The notes below the pieces were generated by a model. The model saw only the letters and a list, made by a program, of their open reading frames with translations, was not told where the DNA came from and made no database searches. From assembly GCA_036012755.1 (NCBI GenBank), contig DASCPX010000027.1, positions 288,001-352,000 on the forward strand: DNA of 64,000 nt, read 5' to 3'. This document shows positions 31,110 to 41,765 of this stretch, one piece after another (the first letter of the stretch is position 1; each line of letters begins with the position of its first letter). Source of the DNA: Myxococcota bacterium (GTDB lineage: Bacteria; Myxococcota_A; UBA796; CAJQPC01). The translations under genes and the position numbers were made by a program.

Positions 31110-34100
31110 CTGCCCGCCTGCATCAATGTCTTCATCGCGTCGGCGAGTCCCATCGCATCGCTCACGACGACCTCTCCCACGGACTCGCCCAGGGCGACGT
31201 CGGCATCGAAGGCGGCCGCGAAGTCGCTCTCGGCCTTGTCCGCATCACCCACGGACTGCTCGGCGACGGCGCGAACGAGCAGGAGCCGCGCACGCCGCTC
31301 GGGAGACACGTCCAGCGCCAGGGCTCGATCCGACAGCGAGGCGGCGTCTGCCCAGTCCTGCCTGCGGAGGGCGAGCTCCGCGAGCCTGAGGAGCGCCTCG
31401 TCCTGCCCCGGATCGAAGGCCAGCGTCTTCTGGAAGTGCTGGGCGGCCTTGTCGGCCATGCCCATCTTCGCGTCGAGCACGTAGCCCTTCGTCAGGTAGC
31501 TGCGGATGACGTCGCCAGGCTCCTTCGCGTGGAAGATCACGTTGTTGTAGACATTGAGGAGGTTGCTCCACTCGCCGCGGTCGTAGAGCACCGAAGCGAC
31601 GCCCAGGAGCGCGCGGACGTCGTTGGGACGCATCTCCAGTGCCTTGTTGAAGCGCTTGCGAGCCTTGTCCGTCTTGCCGAGCGCTCGCTCGACCTCGCCG
31701 AGCGCCGTGTATGCGTCGCAGAGCTCGTCCTTGTCCGCCGAACCACCGATGAGCTGGAGCACCTGGCGCCATACCGTCTGGGCCCTGGGCCAGTCCTCCT
31801 CGGCCATCCGAATCGGACCCATCGCGCGCAGCGAGGGCAGGTGCGAAGGGTTGAGGTCCAAGGCCTTGCCGAGCTTGTCCGTGGCGTCGTCGTCGCGTCC
31901 CAGCTGCGACAGCGTCGTGCCGTACTGGAAGTAGAACTGCGCGATCTCGACCTTCTCGTCGAAGTCGTCGAGGTCCCAGTGGTCAGCGCCGGCCTCGATG
32001 CGCTCGAAGAGCTGGATGGCGCCCTCCCGATCCCCGGCCCTGAAGCGGTGGTCGGCGACGAAGCGCAGGGCCTCGTCGTGGTCCGGGTCGCGCTCGAGCA
32101 CCTCCCCGAAGATGCCAGCGGCGTCCTCGCGGTTGTGGAGCGTGTCCAGCTTGATGTGGGCGGCCCGCAACAAGGGCTCGATACCGGCGCTGTCGGCCTG
32201 TGCCCTGGCCTGGCGGCGCAGCGCCTCGACGACGTGGTCCCATTCGCCGCGGATGGAGCGCAGGCTCTCCAGCGCGACCGCCGCTTCGAGGTCGGGCGCA
32301 TCGCCGCCGCTGGCGGCATCGAGGAAGCGCACGGCCTCGTCCTCGTTCTTCAAGTGGTCGCGGTACGCGAACCCGATGCGGCGTTGCAGGGCGCTTTGCT
32401 CAGCGCCCTGGCCGTGGCCCGCGAGCTTCGTCGCGTGCTCCACGAAGCTCGACCAGTCCTCGCCCTGTTCGCTCAGGACCAGGAGCCGCTCCAGCGCTTC
32501 GGGGTGTTCCGGAGCGAGGTCGAGGACCTTGCGCCAGCTGTCCGCGGCCACGGAGTCGTCGTCGAGCCTGTCCTGCCAGATCCGTGCGATCCCGGCGTAG
32601 CGGTCGACCTGCTCGTCTCCTGCCACTAGCGAAGCCTCGCGGGCGAGCACGCCCACCATGGCCTGCCAGTCCTCGCCCTTCTCCGCCACGCGGCGGAGCC
32701 CGCTTAGAGCCTCGGCGTCCTCGGACTGGTGATCCAGCGCGGCGAGGAACGCGGCGCGGGCATCGTCCAGGGACTCGTTCTGCTCGTGGATCTCCCCGAT
32801 GCGGCGGGAGTACCGCGCCGACTCGGCGGGTTCGGATGCGCTCTCGGCGAGAGACGACAGGTACTGCACGCCCAGCTCGACCTCTCCTCGTGCGCCTGCG
32901 ATCCGTGCGAGCGCCTCGAGGACATCGCGGTCATCGGGCCGCTCCTCGTGGAGCTGCCGGTAGAAGTCCCAGGCCTCGTCGGAATCGGTGAGCTTCGCCG
33001 CCAGCAGCCAGCGCGCCTTGGCTTCAGCCGCGGCCTTCTGGCCGGCGTCCTGGTGAAGGGCAGCGCGGATGCGCAGGGTCTCGAAGGCCTCCTGCCAGTC
33101 CTCTGCCGCCTCCAGCGCGTGCTCCCGACGCAAGAGTCCGGCGATGTCCTCTCGACCCTCCAGCGCCGCAGCCGCCAGCGCGGGAGCATCCGCCTCCTCC
33201 AAGGTGGCGGAGAGGCCCAGGGCGTCGGTCTCGGGAAGCTCGTCATATAGGGCCTGAAGGCCGTCGAGGTCTTTTCGTTCGAGCAGGATTCGGCGGGCCC
33301 CTTCGAAGGCCTTGCCGGCGCACTTGCGCGCCCCGAAGGCCATGCGGTAGGCCGCCAGGGCGTCATCGCCCCGCTCGAGGCCTTCCATGAGGTGGCCGGC
33401 GAGGATGGAGTGGACGACCCGCACCGGGACCGCGTCCATCAGGTCGGCGACCCGCGCGTGGGCCTCGGCCAATGCTTCCCGGTTGCCGGTCTTGCGCTCG
33501 AGGCGCGCGATCCCAGCGGCCGCGGCGACGTGCGTCTCGTCGGCCTCCAGCACCTCGCGATAGCCAGCCAGCGCCTCGCCCGCGCCGTCGAGGTAGTCCT
33601 CCTGGATGCGAGCCGCGTCGAAGGTGGAGCCCGCGTCGTTCAAGGCGCGGAGGGCCTCCTCCCAGTAGTTGAGCCCCTCGCACAGGCGAGCGACAGCGAT
33701 CAGCGCGCGGTCCTCGGCCTCCTCGGCGCCGATGACCTCTCCGGCAGCCTGCACGGCTCCCATCGAGTCGCCGAGATCGCGCAGGATGTCCGCGAGGATC
33801 GTCGACAGTCGGGCCCGGTCGTCATCGGACTCCGCAGCGCCGGCTGCGTTCCGGTAGATGCCCACCAGCCCGGTCAGGTTGCCGGCTCGGTGGTGCAGCT
33901 GCTCCAAGAGCGCCCGAGCGCCACCGTGGTTGGGATCGGTCTCGAGGACCTCCAGGACGACGCCCGCTGCGTCGACGCCAGGGAGCCCGCCAGCCACTTC
34001 GGCCGCCGCGATGAGCTGCCAGGCCTTCCTGTCGAGCTCGGCCTCTGCGCTGGCTTCACCGTGTTGGAGGTCGAACACGCCCTGCCAGTCGGCCTGGCGC

Positions 34101-36508
34101 GCCTTCATCTCCTTGAGCAGGTAGTGGGCACCGAGGAAACCGGGGGAGAGCGCGAGGCACTTCTCCAGGCAGTCCACCGCCGAGGCCTCGTCACCGACGA
34201 GGTCCGCGAAGATTCGGCCAGCCCGGTAGTAGAAGCTGACCTGCTGGCTGCCTTCCTGGCTTGCGCCGGCGGCGAGCCGGAGGGTTGCGGCCAACGCTCC
34301 CCAGTCCTCTTCCACCTCGAGGATGCGGAGCATCGCGTCGAGTGATGGTGGGAAGTCCGGCAGGTGGTCCAGCGCGCGTCGGTAGAAGTCCCGCGCCCGC
34401 GAGTGGTCGTTCATCCGGAACTCGCAGACCGCCCCAGCGCGATGGAGCTGCAGCGCGATGGCCGCGGGATCCTCGTTGAGGATGGCGCGCTGCTCATAGA
34501 CAGCTGCGAGCTGTTCCCACTCGGCCAGGCGGGTGTAGACCCGCTCCAGGCCTTCCAGCGCAGGGAGGTATCCAGGGGCGATGCCCAGCACCTTCTCGAA
34601 GTGGACACGCGCACCCGCGTGGTCGCCGAGAGGGCCCTCGCAGATCTCACCCATGCGATAGGCGAGCGTGACCTGATGGTTCGGGTCGTCGACGACGTCG
34701 AAGCGCTGCTGCCAGAAAGCGAGCAGTCCCGCGCTGTCGCCCTTGGCGTGGAGCATTCGGGCGACGGCTTCGGCGGCAGGGACCGCAGCGGGGTCCTGGG
34801 CGACCTCGGTGTAGGCCGCGAGCGCACCATCGATGTCTCCGCTGGTCTCGCAGAGCCGCGCGACGCGGTAGCGCACGTAGGGCTTCTCCTCTTCACCGAC
34901 GGCGTCGACCTCTGCACGGAGCGCGGCGAGGAGCTTCTCGTTCCGACCGCTCTCTGCAAGGAAGGCCTGGTACTCGTGGTGCAGCTCCGCCCCTGCGCCC
35001 AGCGCCAGGGCCTGCTCGTAGACCTCGCAAGCTCGCTCCTCGTCGAAGAGCCGAGTTCGGTAGATGCGGGCAGCGCGGGCCGTGAAGAAGGTGGCGTCAG
35101 CAGCGCGATCCTCGCCAGCGGCCCTCTCCGACTCGGCGAGGTAGAGCTCGACCAGCGGCGTCCACTCCGCGGTCTGGGTGTAGAGGCGCTCGCAGGCGAC
35201 GAAGCAGGGCACGTGCCCTGGCGCGGCGGAGTGGCCCGCCCGGAAGGCGGCGAGAGCGCGGGCGTTGTCGCCGAGTTGCTCGCTGTAGACCCGTCCGCGC
35301 TCGTAGTGGAGGCGCGCGGTGAGGGCGCCCTGTCCGAGCGCCGCCATCTTGCCGAGGGTGAGCACGATTCCGCGCCAGTCCTTGCCGGCGAGCTGGACAT
35401 CGCGGAGCAGCTGCAGGCTGAGGAAGTCCTCTGGGTTGCGCTCGACAGAGGACTTCAGGAGCCTCAGCGCCACGTCGTCCTGTCGGAGGTGCCGGCGGGC
35501 CAGGAGCGCAGCGTCCTGGAGGATCTCCGCCGCCGCGGCGTCTTCGGTCTCGAGCTCGGCCAGGCGCTCCATGGCACCGCGGAGCTCGTCGAACTTCTGG
35601 TTGCTGTTGAGCGCCTTCTCGAACTCCCGCACACCCTGGAGGGTGTCGGGGTCAGCCCCGACGGCCGCACGGGCGAGCTCCTCGGCGAGTTGGCTGTCCC
35701 GGAGGCGCGTCCTGGCGATGCGGGCAGCTTCTGCGTACAGCGATGCCCTCTCCTCTGGGGGGCGATCCTGGGCGCCTTCGGCGCGGAGCGCCTCGACACT
35801 GGCACGCCAACGATCGGCCTCGGCCTCGCTGGGCACGTAGCGGACCTGCGTGGCTGCGGGAGGCTCGATCTCCGTGGAGGTCTCCTGCAGGGCTGGGGCG
35901 TCGCTGTCGGGACGAAGGGCCGCCTCGGTCGGTTGCCCGTCGGGGCCGGCGAAGGGATCCTGGACCGTGGCCTTTGCGTCGGAGGGGGGATCGAGGAAGT
36001 CCTCTGCAGACGCCATGACGTCGGAGCTCGGCTCCTCGCTTGCGTCCTCTTCGGCGTCTTCCTTGTCCCAGTCCTCGCCGCCGAAGTCCTCGGGGTGGAG
36101 GACCATGGTCGGTCCGCTGGAGAGCCCCTTGGGCTTGGCGACCATCGCCGCGGCCTGGGCATCGCGCTCGGCCTCGATCGCCTTGGCGAGTGCGGCTCGG
36201 CGAGCAGCCTCCTCCTCCGCGACCGCCGCGGCGGCTGTAGCCGCTGCCTGTTCGGCCTCCTTGGCCTGGTCCGCCGCGACGCGGCGACGCTCGCTCTCCT
36301 CCGCCGCGAAGCGGGCCTCGGCCTCCTGCTTCAGGCGGCGGGCTTCGGCCAGCTTGGCCTCCTTGTCCTCGGCCAGCTTGGCCTTCTTGGCTGCCGCCTC
36401 TTTTTCGGCAGCAGCCTCCGCTGCCTCGTCCCAGCTGAGATTCCCGCCCTCCCCTTCGCTGAAGAAGCTGTCTTCCCAGTCTTCGAATCCGTCTTTCTTC
36501 TTGCCCAT
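31106..36508 (-). CDS. Giant TPR-repeat protein (1800 aa)
   Basis: Dozens of TPR-like repeats (e.g. ALDLNPSHLPSL) after an acidic, coiled, low-complexity N-terminus. Confidence 0.88.
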   Translation of the reverse strand: MGKKKDGFEDWEDSFFSEGEGGNLSWDEAAEAAAEKEAAAKKAKLAEDKEAKLAEARRLKQEAEARFAAEESERRRVAADQAKEAEQAAATAAAAVAEEEAARRAALAKAIEAERDAQAAAMVAKPKGLSSGPTMVLHPEDFGGEDWDKEDAEEDASEEPSSDVMASAEDFLDPPSDAKATVQDPFAGPDGQPTEAALRPDSDAPALQETSTEIEPPAATQVRYVPSEAEADRWRASVEALRAEGAQDRPPEERASLYAEAARIARTRLRDSQLAEELARAAVGADPDTLQGVREFEKALNSNQKFDELRGAMERLAELETEDAAAAEILQDAALLARRHLRQDDVALRLLKSSVERNPEDFLSLQLLRDVQLAGKDWRGIVLTLGKMAALGQGALTARLHYERGRVYSEQLGDNARALAAFRAGHSAAPGHVPCFVACERLYTQTAEWTPLVELYLAESERAAGEDRAADATFFTARAARIYRTRLFDEERACEVYEQALALGAGAELHHEYQAFLAESGRNEKLLAALRAEVDAVGEEEKPYVRYRVARLCETSGDIDGALAAYTEVAQDPAAVPAAEAVARMLHAKGDSAGLLAFWQQRFDVVDDPNHQVTLAYRMGEICEGPLGDHAGARVHFEKVLGIAPGYLPALEGLERVYTRLAEWEQLAAVYEQRAILNEDPAAIALQLHRAGAVCEFRMNDHSRARDFYRRALDHLPDFPPSLDAMLRILEVEEDWGALAATLRLAAGASQEGSQQVSFYYRAGRIFADLVGDEASAVDCLEKCLALSPGFLGAHYLLKEMKARQADWQGVFDLQHGEASAEAELDRKAWQLIAAAEVAGGLPGVDAAGVVLEVLETDPNHGGARALLEQLHHRAGNLTGLVGIYRNAAGAAESDDDRARLSTILADILRDLGDSMGAVQAAGEVIGAEEAEDRALIAVARLCEGLNYWEEALRALNDAGSTFDAARIQEDYLDGAGEALAGYREVLEADETHVAAAAGIARLERKTGNREALAEAHARVADLMDAVPVRVVHSILAGHLMEGLERGDDALAAYRMAFGARKCAGKAFEGARRILLERKDLDGLQALYDELPETDALGLSATLEEADAPALAAAALEGREDIAGLLRREHALEAAEDWQEAFETLRIRAALHQDAGQKAAAEAKARWLLAAKLTDSDEAWDFYRQLHEERPDDRDVLEALARIAGARGEVELGVQYLSSLAESASEPAESARYSRRIGEIHEQNESLDDARAAFLAALDHQSEDAEALSGLRRVAEKGEDWQAMVGVLAREASLVAGDEQVDRYAGIARIWQDRLDDDSVAADSWRKVLDLAPEHPEALERLLVLSEQGEDWSSFVEHATKLAGHGQGAEQSALQRRIGFAYRDHLKNEDEAVRFLDAASGGDAPDLEAAVALESLRSIRGEWDHVVEALRRQARAQADSAGIEPLLRAAHIKLDTLHNREDAAGIFGEVLERDPDHDEALRFVADHRFRAGDREGAIQLFERIEAGADHWDLDDFDEKVEIAQFYFQYGTTLSQLGRDDDATDKLGKALDLNPSHLPSLRAMGPIRMAEEDWPRAQTVWRQVLQLIGGSADKDELCDAYTALGEVERALGKTDKARKRFNKALEMRPNDVRALLGVASVLYDRGEWSNLLNVYNNVIFHAKEPGDVIRSYLTKGYVLDAKMGMADKAAQHFQKTLAFDPGQDEALLRLAELALRRQDWADAASLSDRALALDVSPERRARLLLVRAVAEQSVGDADKAESDFAAAFDADVALGESVGEVVVSDAMGLADAMKTLMQAGR

Positions 36509-36622
36509 GAAGGCTCCATTGGCCCCCTCGAAGGTCGCGCCGAAGGGAATGCCAGTACCCGGGCAGTCCTATCACCCGCGCGGGGCCCTCATCAACGGGC
36601 CGAGCCCAGCTTCACCGAGGCT

Positions 36623-38089
36623 TCACGGCACAGACGGCAGCGTGGCGATGATCCACTTGAAGTCATCGTCGTTGAAGTGGAGTCCCGCACCGACGTACCC
36701 GGTGTGCATCCCGTGGCGCGCGCCCATCAACGCGTTGTAGACCCCGCCCTGGACGAAGACGTGCGGATAGGGCTCCACGCGGACCCCCAACTCGACGTTC
36801 GGGGTTCCATCGAGCAGGGGGTAGCTGGCGTAGGTGAAGTCGTAGAGATCCGCCGAGAACTTCACGCGGTCCTGCCAGAGATAGGCGTCGGCCCCGACGC
36901 CTCCGGAGCTGTGCTTGACCCCGAGGCGGAACGAGAAGTGGTCGTAGCGGCGCGCGAACTGGAAGCTGAAGCGCGCGTCCCTGGTGCGAACGTACTCGGT
37001 GTACCGCGTCCCGAGCTCCGGGCTCTCGACCTGGCGGAAGTCGAAGCTGCCGACAGGGTGATCGACGAACTCGAAGATGTACCAGTAGTCCTCGCGCGGC
37101 ATGATCTGCAGCCCGAGCACGTTCCTGGACTTCATGTGCACCGGGTTCTCGACCAGGGCACCGCTGGAGGGCTGCTGTCCCAGGAAGTACGCGCCGTCGT
37201 AGTAGACCTCTGTGCGGAGGTCGCTCACGCTGGTGACGACCTGGTTCACCTCGCGCAGGGTGGTGTTCACCTCGTTGAGCGTGGCCTCCACCTGGCGGAC
37301 CGGCGTGTCGTCGTTGATGAGCACGCCCAGGGTCCCCTGCCCTTCGTCGATCTTCGAGGTGATCGAGTTGATGTCCTCGAGGCTCTTGTTGAGGCGTGTC
37401 GTGGCCTCTGCGACGGCGGCGCCCTGCTCCTCGACGGTGGTCCCGGTGGCTTCGATGATGGTCTTGAGCGACTCGCTGACCTCGCGGAGGTTCCGGGCGA
37501 TGGCGTTGACCTCTGACTTGTTGGCCGTCGACAGCTCGCGGACCTCTGCAGAGAGCTGCTCGAGGTTCTTGACCGTCGCGTCGAGGCTGGACTTGACGCC
37601 CTCGTCCTCGAGGTAGTCCCGCAGCGACGCCGTGATGGCCTGGACGTCCTCTGTGATGACCTCGAGCTGGCCCTGGAGATTGTCGAAGTCGAGACCGTAG
37701 GGGCGCGTGGAGATGACGTCGCCGTCGACCAGGAGCTCCTCTTCATTGCCCGGCGCGATGACGACGATCTTGTCTCCGAGCACGCCGCTGGATCTGAGCT
37801 CCGCCCAGGAGCCGACCGGGAGCTCCAGCTCGCCGGACATCTCGAGGGACAGCCGCGCCTGGCTCCCCTCCAGGCTGATGCCGCGCACCGAACCGACGCT
37901 GACGCCGGCGATGAGGACCTGGGTCGTGACGCGCACGCCCTCTGCGGTCGGCACGTCCGCGTACAGCGTGTAGCCCTCGATCGCGCCAGAGGGCCGGTCG
38001 TCGGTCTCGAGGATGAAGATGGCGGTGAACACCGCCACGAGGATGGCCAGCAGCCCCACCTTGAACTCGTTCGACCAACCTCGGACCAT
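36623..38089 (-). CDS. mlaD: MCE/MlaD family protein with long helical stalk and beta-rich C-terminus
   Basis: EFKVGL TM, MCE domain (IAGVSVGSV, GVLGDK), GQGTLGVLIND, alternating beta strands. Confidence 0.88.
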   Translation of the reverse strand: MVRGWSNEFKVGLLAILVAVFTAIFILETDDRPSGAIEGYTLYADVPTAEGVRVTTQVLIAGVSVGSVRGISLEGSQARLSLEMSGELELPVGSWAELRSSGVLGDKIVVIAPGNEEELLVDGDVISTRPYGLDFDNLQGQLEVITEDVQAITASLRDYLEDEGVKSSLDATVKNLEQLSAEVRELSTANKSEVNAIARNLREVSESLKTIIEATGTTVEEQGAAVAEATTRLNKSLEDINSITSKIDEGQGTLGVLINDDTPVRQVEATLNEVNTTLREVNQVVTSVSDLRTEVYYDGAYFLGQQPSSGALVENPVHMKSRNVLGLQIMPREDYWYIFEFVDHPVGSFDFRQVESPELGTRYTEYVRTRDARFSFQFARRYDHFSFRLGVKHSSGGVGADAYLWQDRVKFSADLYDFTYASYPLLDGTPNVELGVRVEPYPHVFVQGGVYNALMGARHGMHTGYVGAGLHFNDDDFKWIIATLPSVP

Positions 38090-38101
38090 CGTCGGCGAAG
38101 C

Positions 38102-38878
38102 CTACTCGACCGTCATGGGGCCGTCGAGGCGGCCCTCGATGAACTGGCGAACCAGGGGGTCGCCCGTCGTTCGGAACCACCTGGGCGGTCCCTCCGCGAC
38201 TATGCGGCCGTCATGCAGCATCAGGATGTGGTCGGCGATCTCGAAGGTCGCCTCCATGTCGTGGCTGACGACCAGCGAGGTCATGCCGACGTTTCGAGCC
38301 TGGGTCTCGGTGATGAGCTGGTCGATGGTGGCCGTGAGGATCGGGTCCAGGCCGGTGGTGGGCTCGTCGTAGAGGAGGATCTCCGGCGTGTGGACGACCG
38401 CTCGCGCCAACCCGGCGCGCTTTTTCATGCCGCCAGAGAGCTCGGCCGGGCTCTTGTCGATGGCGAAGAACAGTCCGACCTCGGTGAGCACCGCCTCGAC
38501 CCGCTGGCGGACCTCTGCCTCGGAGAGCTTCGTGTGCTCCCGAAGGCCGAAGGCCACGTTGTCGTAGACGCTCATCGAGTCGAAGAGCGCGGCGTGCTGG
38601 AAGACCATGCCGAACCTCAGGCGGATCTCGCGCCGCTCTCGGTTGCCCATGCGGGTGAGCTCGCGGTCGCCGACCCAGATGCGCCCGTGGTCGGGCAGCA
38701 TCAGGCCCATGGCGTGCTTCAACGTGACGCTCTTGCCGGTCCCCGAGCGCCCGATGATCACCGTGATGCAGCCTCGCGGGATCTTCATGTTGAGCCCGTC
38801 GAGCACCTTCTGGGAGCCGAAGGACTTGTGGATGTCCTCGAAGACCAGCGCGTATGCGTCGGGGTCCTGGGCGCTCAT
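38102..38878 (-). CDS. mlaF: MlaF-type ABC ATPase
   Basis: GRSGTGKS, FQHAALFDSM, LSGGMKKR, DEPTTGLDP, VRQFIEG. Confidence 0.92.
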   Translation of the reverse strand: MSAQDPDAYALVFEDIHKSFGSQKVLDGLNMKIPRGCITVIIGRSGTGKSVTLKHAMGLMLPDHGRIWVGDRELTRMGNRERREIRLRFGMVFQHAALFDSMSVYDNVAFGLREHTKLSEAEVRQRVEAVLTEVGLFFAIDKSPAELSGGMKKRAGLARAVVHTPEILLYDEPTTGLDPILTATIDQLITETQARNVGMTSLVVSHDMEATFEIADHILMLHDGRIVAEGPPRWFRTTGDPLVRQFIEGRLDGPMTVE

Positions 38879-38882
38879 GGCA

Positions 38883-39680
38883 TCACCACAGGCCCGTGGA
38901 CATCAGGATGTCGGTGAGGAAGTAGTCGAGGATGAGGATGCTGACGCTGGCGACGACCACCGCCTGGGTCGTGGCCTTGCCCACACCCTCCGCGCCGCCG
39001 CGCACGTAGAGGCCCTTGTAGCAACCCACGACGCTCATCACGTAGCCGAAGATCGAGGCCTTCACGAGCCCCCAGAGGAAGTCAGGAGGATCGACGTACC
39101 ACTGGATCCGGTACAGAAAAGCGCCCTGGTTGATCTCGAGGAGGTTCACGCCCACGAGCCAGGCGCCGATCATGCCGACGGCGGTGAACACGACGGCGGC
39201 CATGGGCACCATCACGACCCCGGCCAGGATGCGCGGGGCGACCAGGTACTCGATGGGATCCACCGCCATGGACTCCAGCGCGTCGACCTGCTCGGTGACC
39301 CGCATCGTGCCGATCTCGGCGGCCATGGCGGAGCCCGCCCTGCCGGTGATCATCAAGGCAGCGAAGACCGGGCCCAGGGTTCGGGCGAGGGAGATGGTGA
39401 CCGTCGACCCGGTGAGCACCTCTGCGTCGAAGAGGCCGAAGCCGTAGGCCGCTTGCAGCGCGTAGACAGCCCCCGTGAAGCCGCCGGTGACGCAGACGAT
39501 CGACAGGGACTGCACCCCGACGAACTCGAACTGCTTGAACACGAGCCGAACGCGGTAGGGGGGCGTGAAGATGGCGAGGGTTCCGAGCACCATCACCCGG
39601 AGCAGGCGCCCCACGTCCTCGACCGGGCGGATGATGGCGCGGCCGATGGCCTCGACCGGTTGGATCAGCAGCGCCCTCAC
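38883..39680 (-). CDS. mlaE: MlaE-type ABC permease
   Basis: GRAGSAMAAEIGTMRVTEQVDALE, GAEGVGKATT. Confidence 0.93.
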   Translation of the reverse strand: MRALLIQPVEAIGRAIIRPVEDVGRLLRVMVLGTLAIFTPPYRVRLVFKQFEFVGVQSLSIVCVTGGFTGAVYALQAAYGFGLFDAEVLTGSTVTISLARTLGPVFAALMITGRAGSAMAAEIGTMRVTEQVDALESMAVDPIEYLVAPRILAGVVMVPMAAVVFTAVGMIGAWLVGVNLLEINQGAFLYRIQWYVDPPDFLWGLVKASIFGYVMSVVGCYKGLYVRGGAEGVGKATTQAVVVASVSILILDYFLTDILMSTGLW

Positions 39681-40789
39681 CCCTCGAAGCTCCTCGGAAC
39701 CCGCTCGGAGAAGCCGGTCAGGATCTCGTAGGGGATGGTCCCGGCCCAGGCGGCGAGCTCCTCCACGCGCACGCCGTCGCCGAGGAGCTCGACCTCGTCT
39801 CCAGGGCGAACGCGGTGGGGGACGTCGGTGACGTCAACCAGGATCATGTCCATGCAGACCGCTCCGCGCACGGGAGCGCGGACTCCGTGGAGGAGCACCT
39901 CGCCGACGCCGGAAAGAGCGCGGGGGTAGCCGTCCGCGTAGCCGACAGGCAGGGTCGCGAGGCGGGTCGGGCGCGGGGCGATCCAGCGGCGCCCGTAGGA
40001 GACCCCGGCGCCGGCGGGGATGTTCTTGACGAAGAGCACCTCGGTCGTGACGCGCATCACCGGACGCAGGTCGAAGCCGGACTCCGCCGCGGGGGGAATG
40101 CCGTAGAGAGCGAGGCCGGGACGCACCATGTCCCTCTGGAGCCGTGGGAAGCGGAGAGCCGCCGCGGAGTTGGCGATGTGGAGGGTGCCGGGACCGAAGG
40201 CGCGGACGCGGGCGGCCTCTACGGCCTCGTCGAAGCGACGGGCCTGCTCGATCGAGAAGGTCTCGTCGAGATCGGCCTCCGCCATGTGACTGGCGATCCC
40301 CTCGACCTCGATGTTCGGGAGATCGGCGAGGCGGTCGAGGAAGTACTCCCAGTCCCCTGGGACGACGCCGAGGCGACCCATTCCGGTGTCGACCTTGAGG
40401 TGGACCCGGGCCTTCTGTCCGAGGGCGCGCCCGGCGTCGTCGAGGTCCTGGGCCGAGTCGAGGTCATAGAGCATCGGCGTCAGGTCGTGACGCAGGGCGT
40501 CGTATGCACCTCTGTGCCCGATCCCGCCCAGGAGCAGGATGGGGAGGGTGATCCCAGCCGCACGCAAGGCCTTTCCCTCCTCGACCAGGGCCACGCCGAA
40601 TGCATCGACGCCGGCGTCTTGTAGCGCCAGCGATGTCTTCGTCAGCCCGTGCCCGTAGGCGTCGCCCTTGACCGGCGCGAGCACGGCCACGCCGGGCTTC
40701 AGGTGCGAGCGCACCACGCGGAGGTTGTGCTCCAGGCGGTCGAGATCGACGTGCACGGTGGTGGGTCGAATCTGGTTCACCGGGAGCAC
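39677..40789 (-). CDS. alr: Alanine racemase
   Basis: [29 protein letters not shown]. Confidence 0.95.
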   Translation of the reverse strand: MLPVNQIRPTTVHVDLDRLEHNLRVVRSHLKPGVAVLAPVKGDAYGHGLTKTSLALQDAGVDAFGVALVEEGKALRAAGITLPILLLGGIGHRGAYDALRHDLTPMLYDLDSAQDLDDAGRALGQKARVHLKVDTGMGRLGVVPGDWEYFLDRLADLPNIEVEGIASHMAEADLDETFSIEQARRFDEAVEAARVRAFGPGTLHIANSAAALRFPRLQRDMVRPGLALYGIPPAAESGFDLRPVMRVTTEVLFVKNIPAGAGVSYGRRWIAPRPTRLATLPVGYADGYPRALSGVGEVLLHGVRAPVRGAVCMDMILVDVTDVPHRVRPGDEVELLGDGVRVEELAAWAGTIPYEILTGFSERVPRSFEG

Positions 40790-40823
40790 CTATCCCGCGT
40801 TATGCGAGCCGCCCGGAGGGTTC

Positions 40824-41759
<936 letters not shown>

Positions 41760-41765
41760 GCGGTT

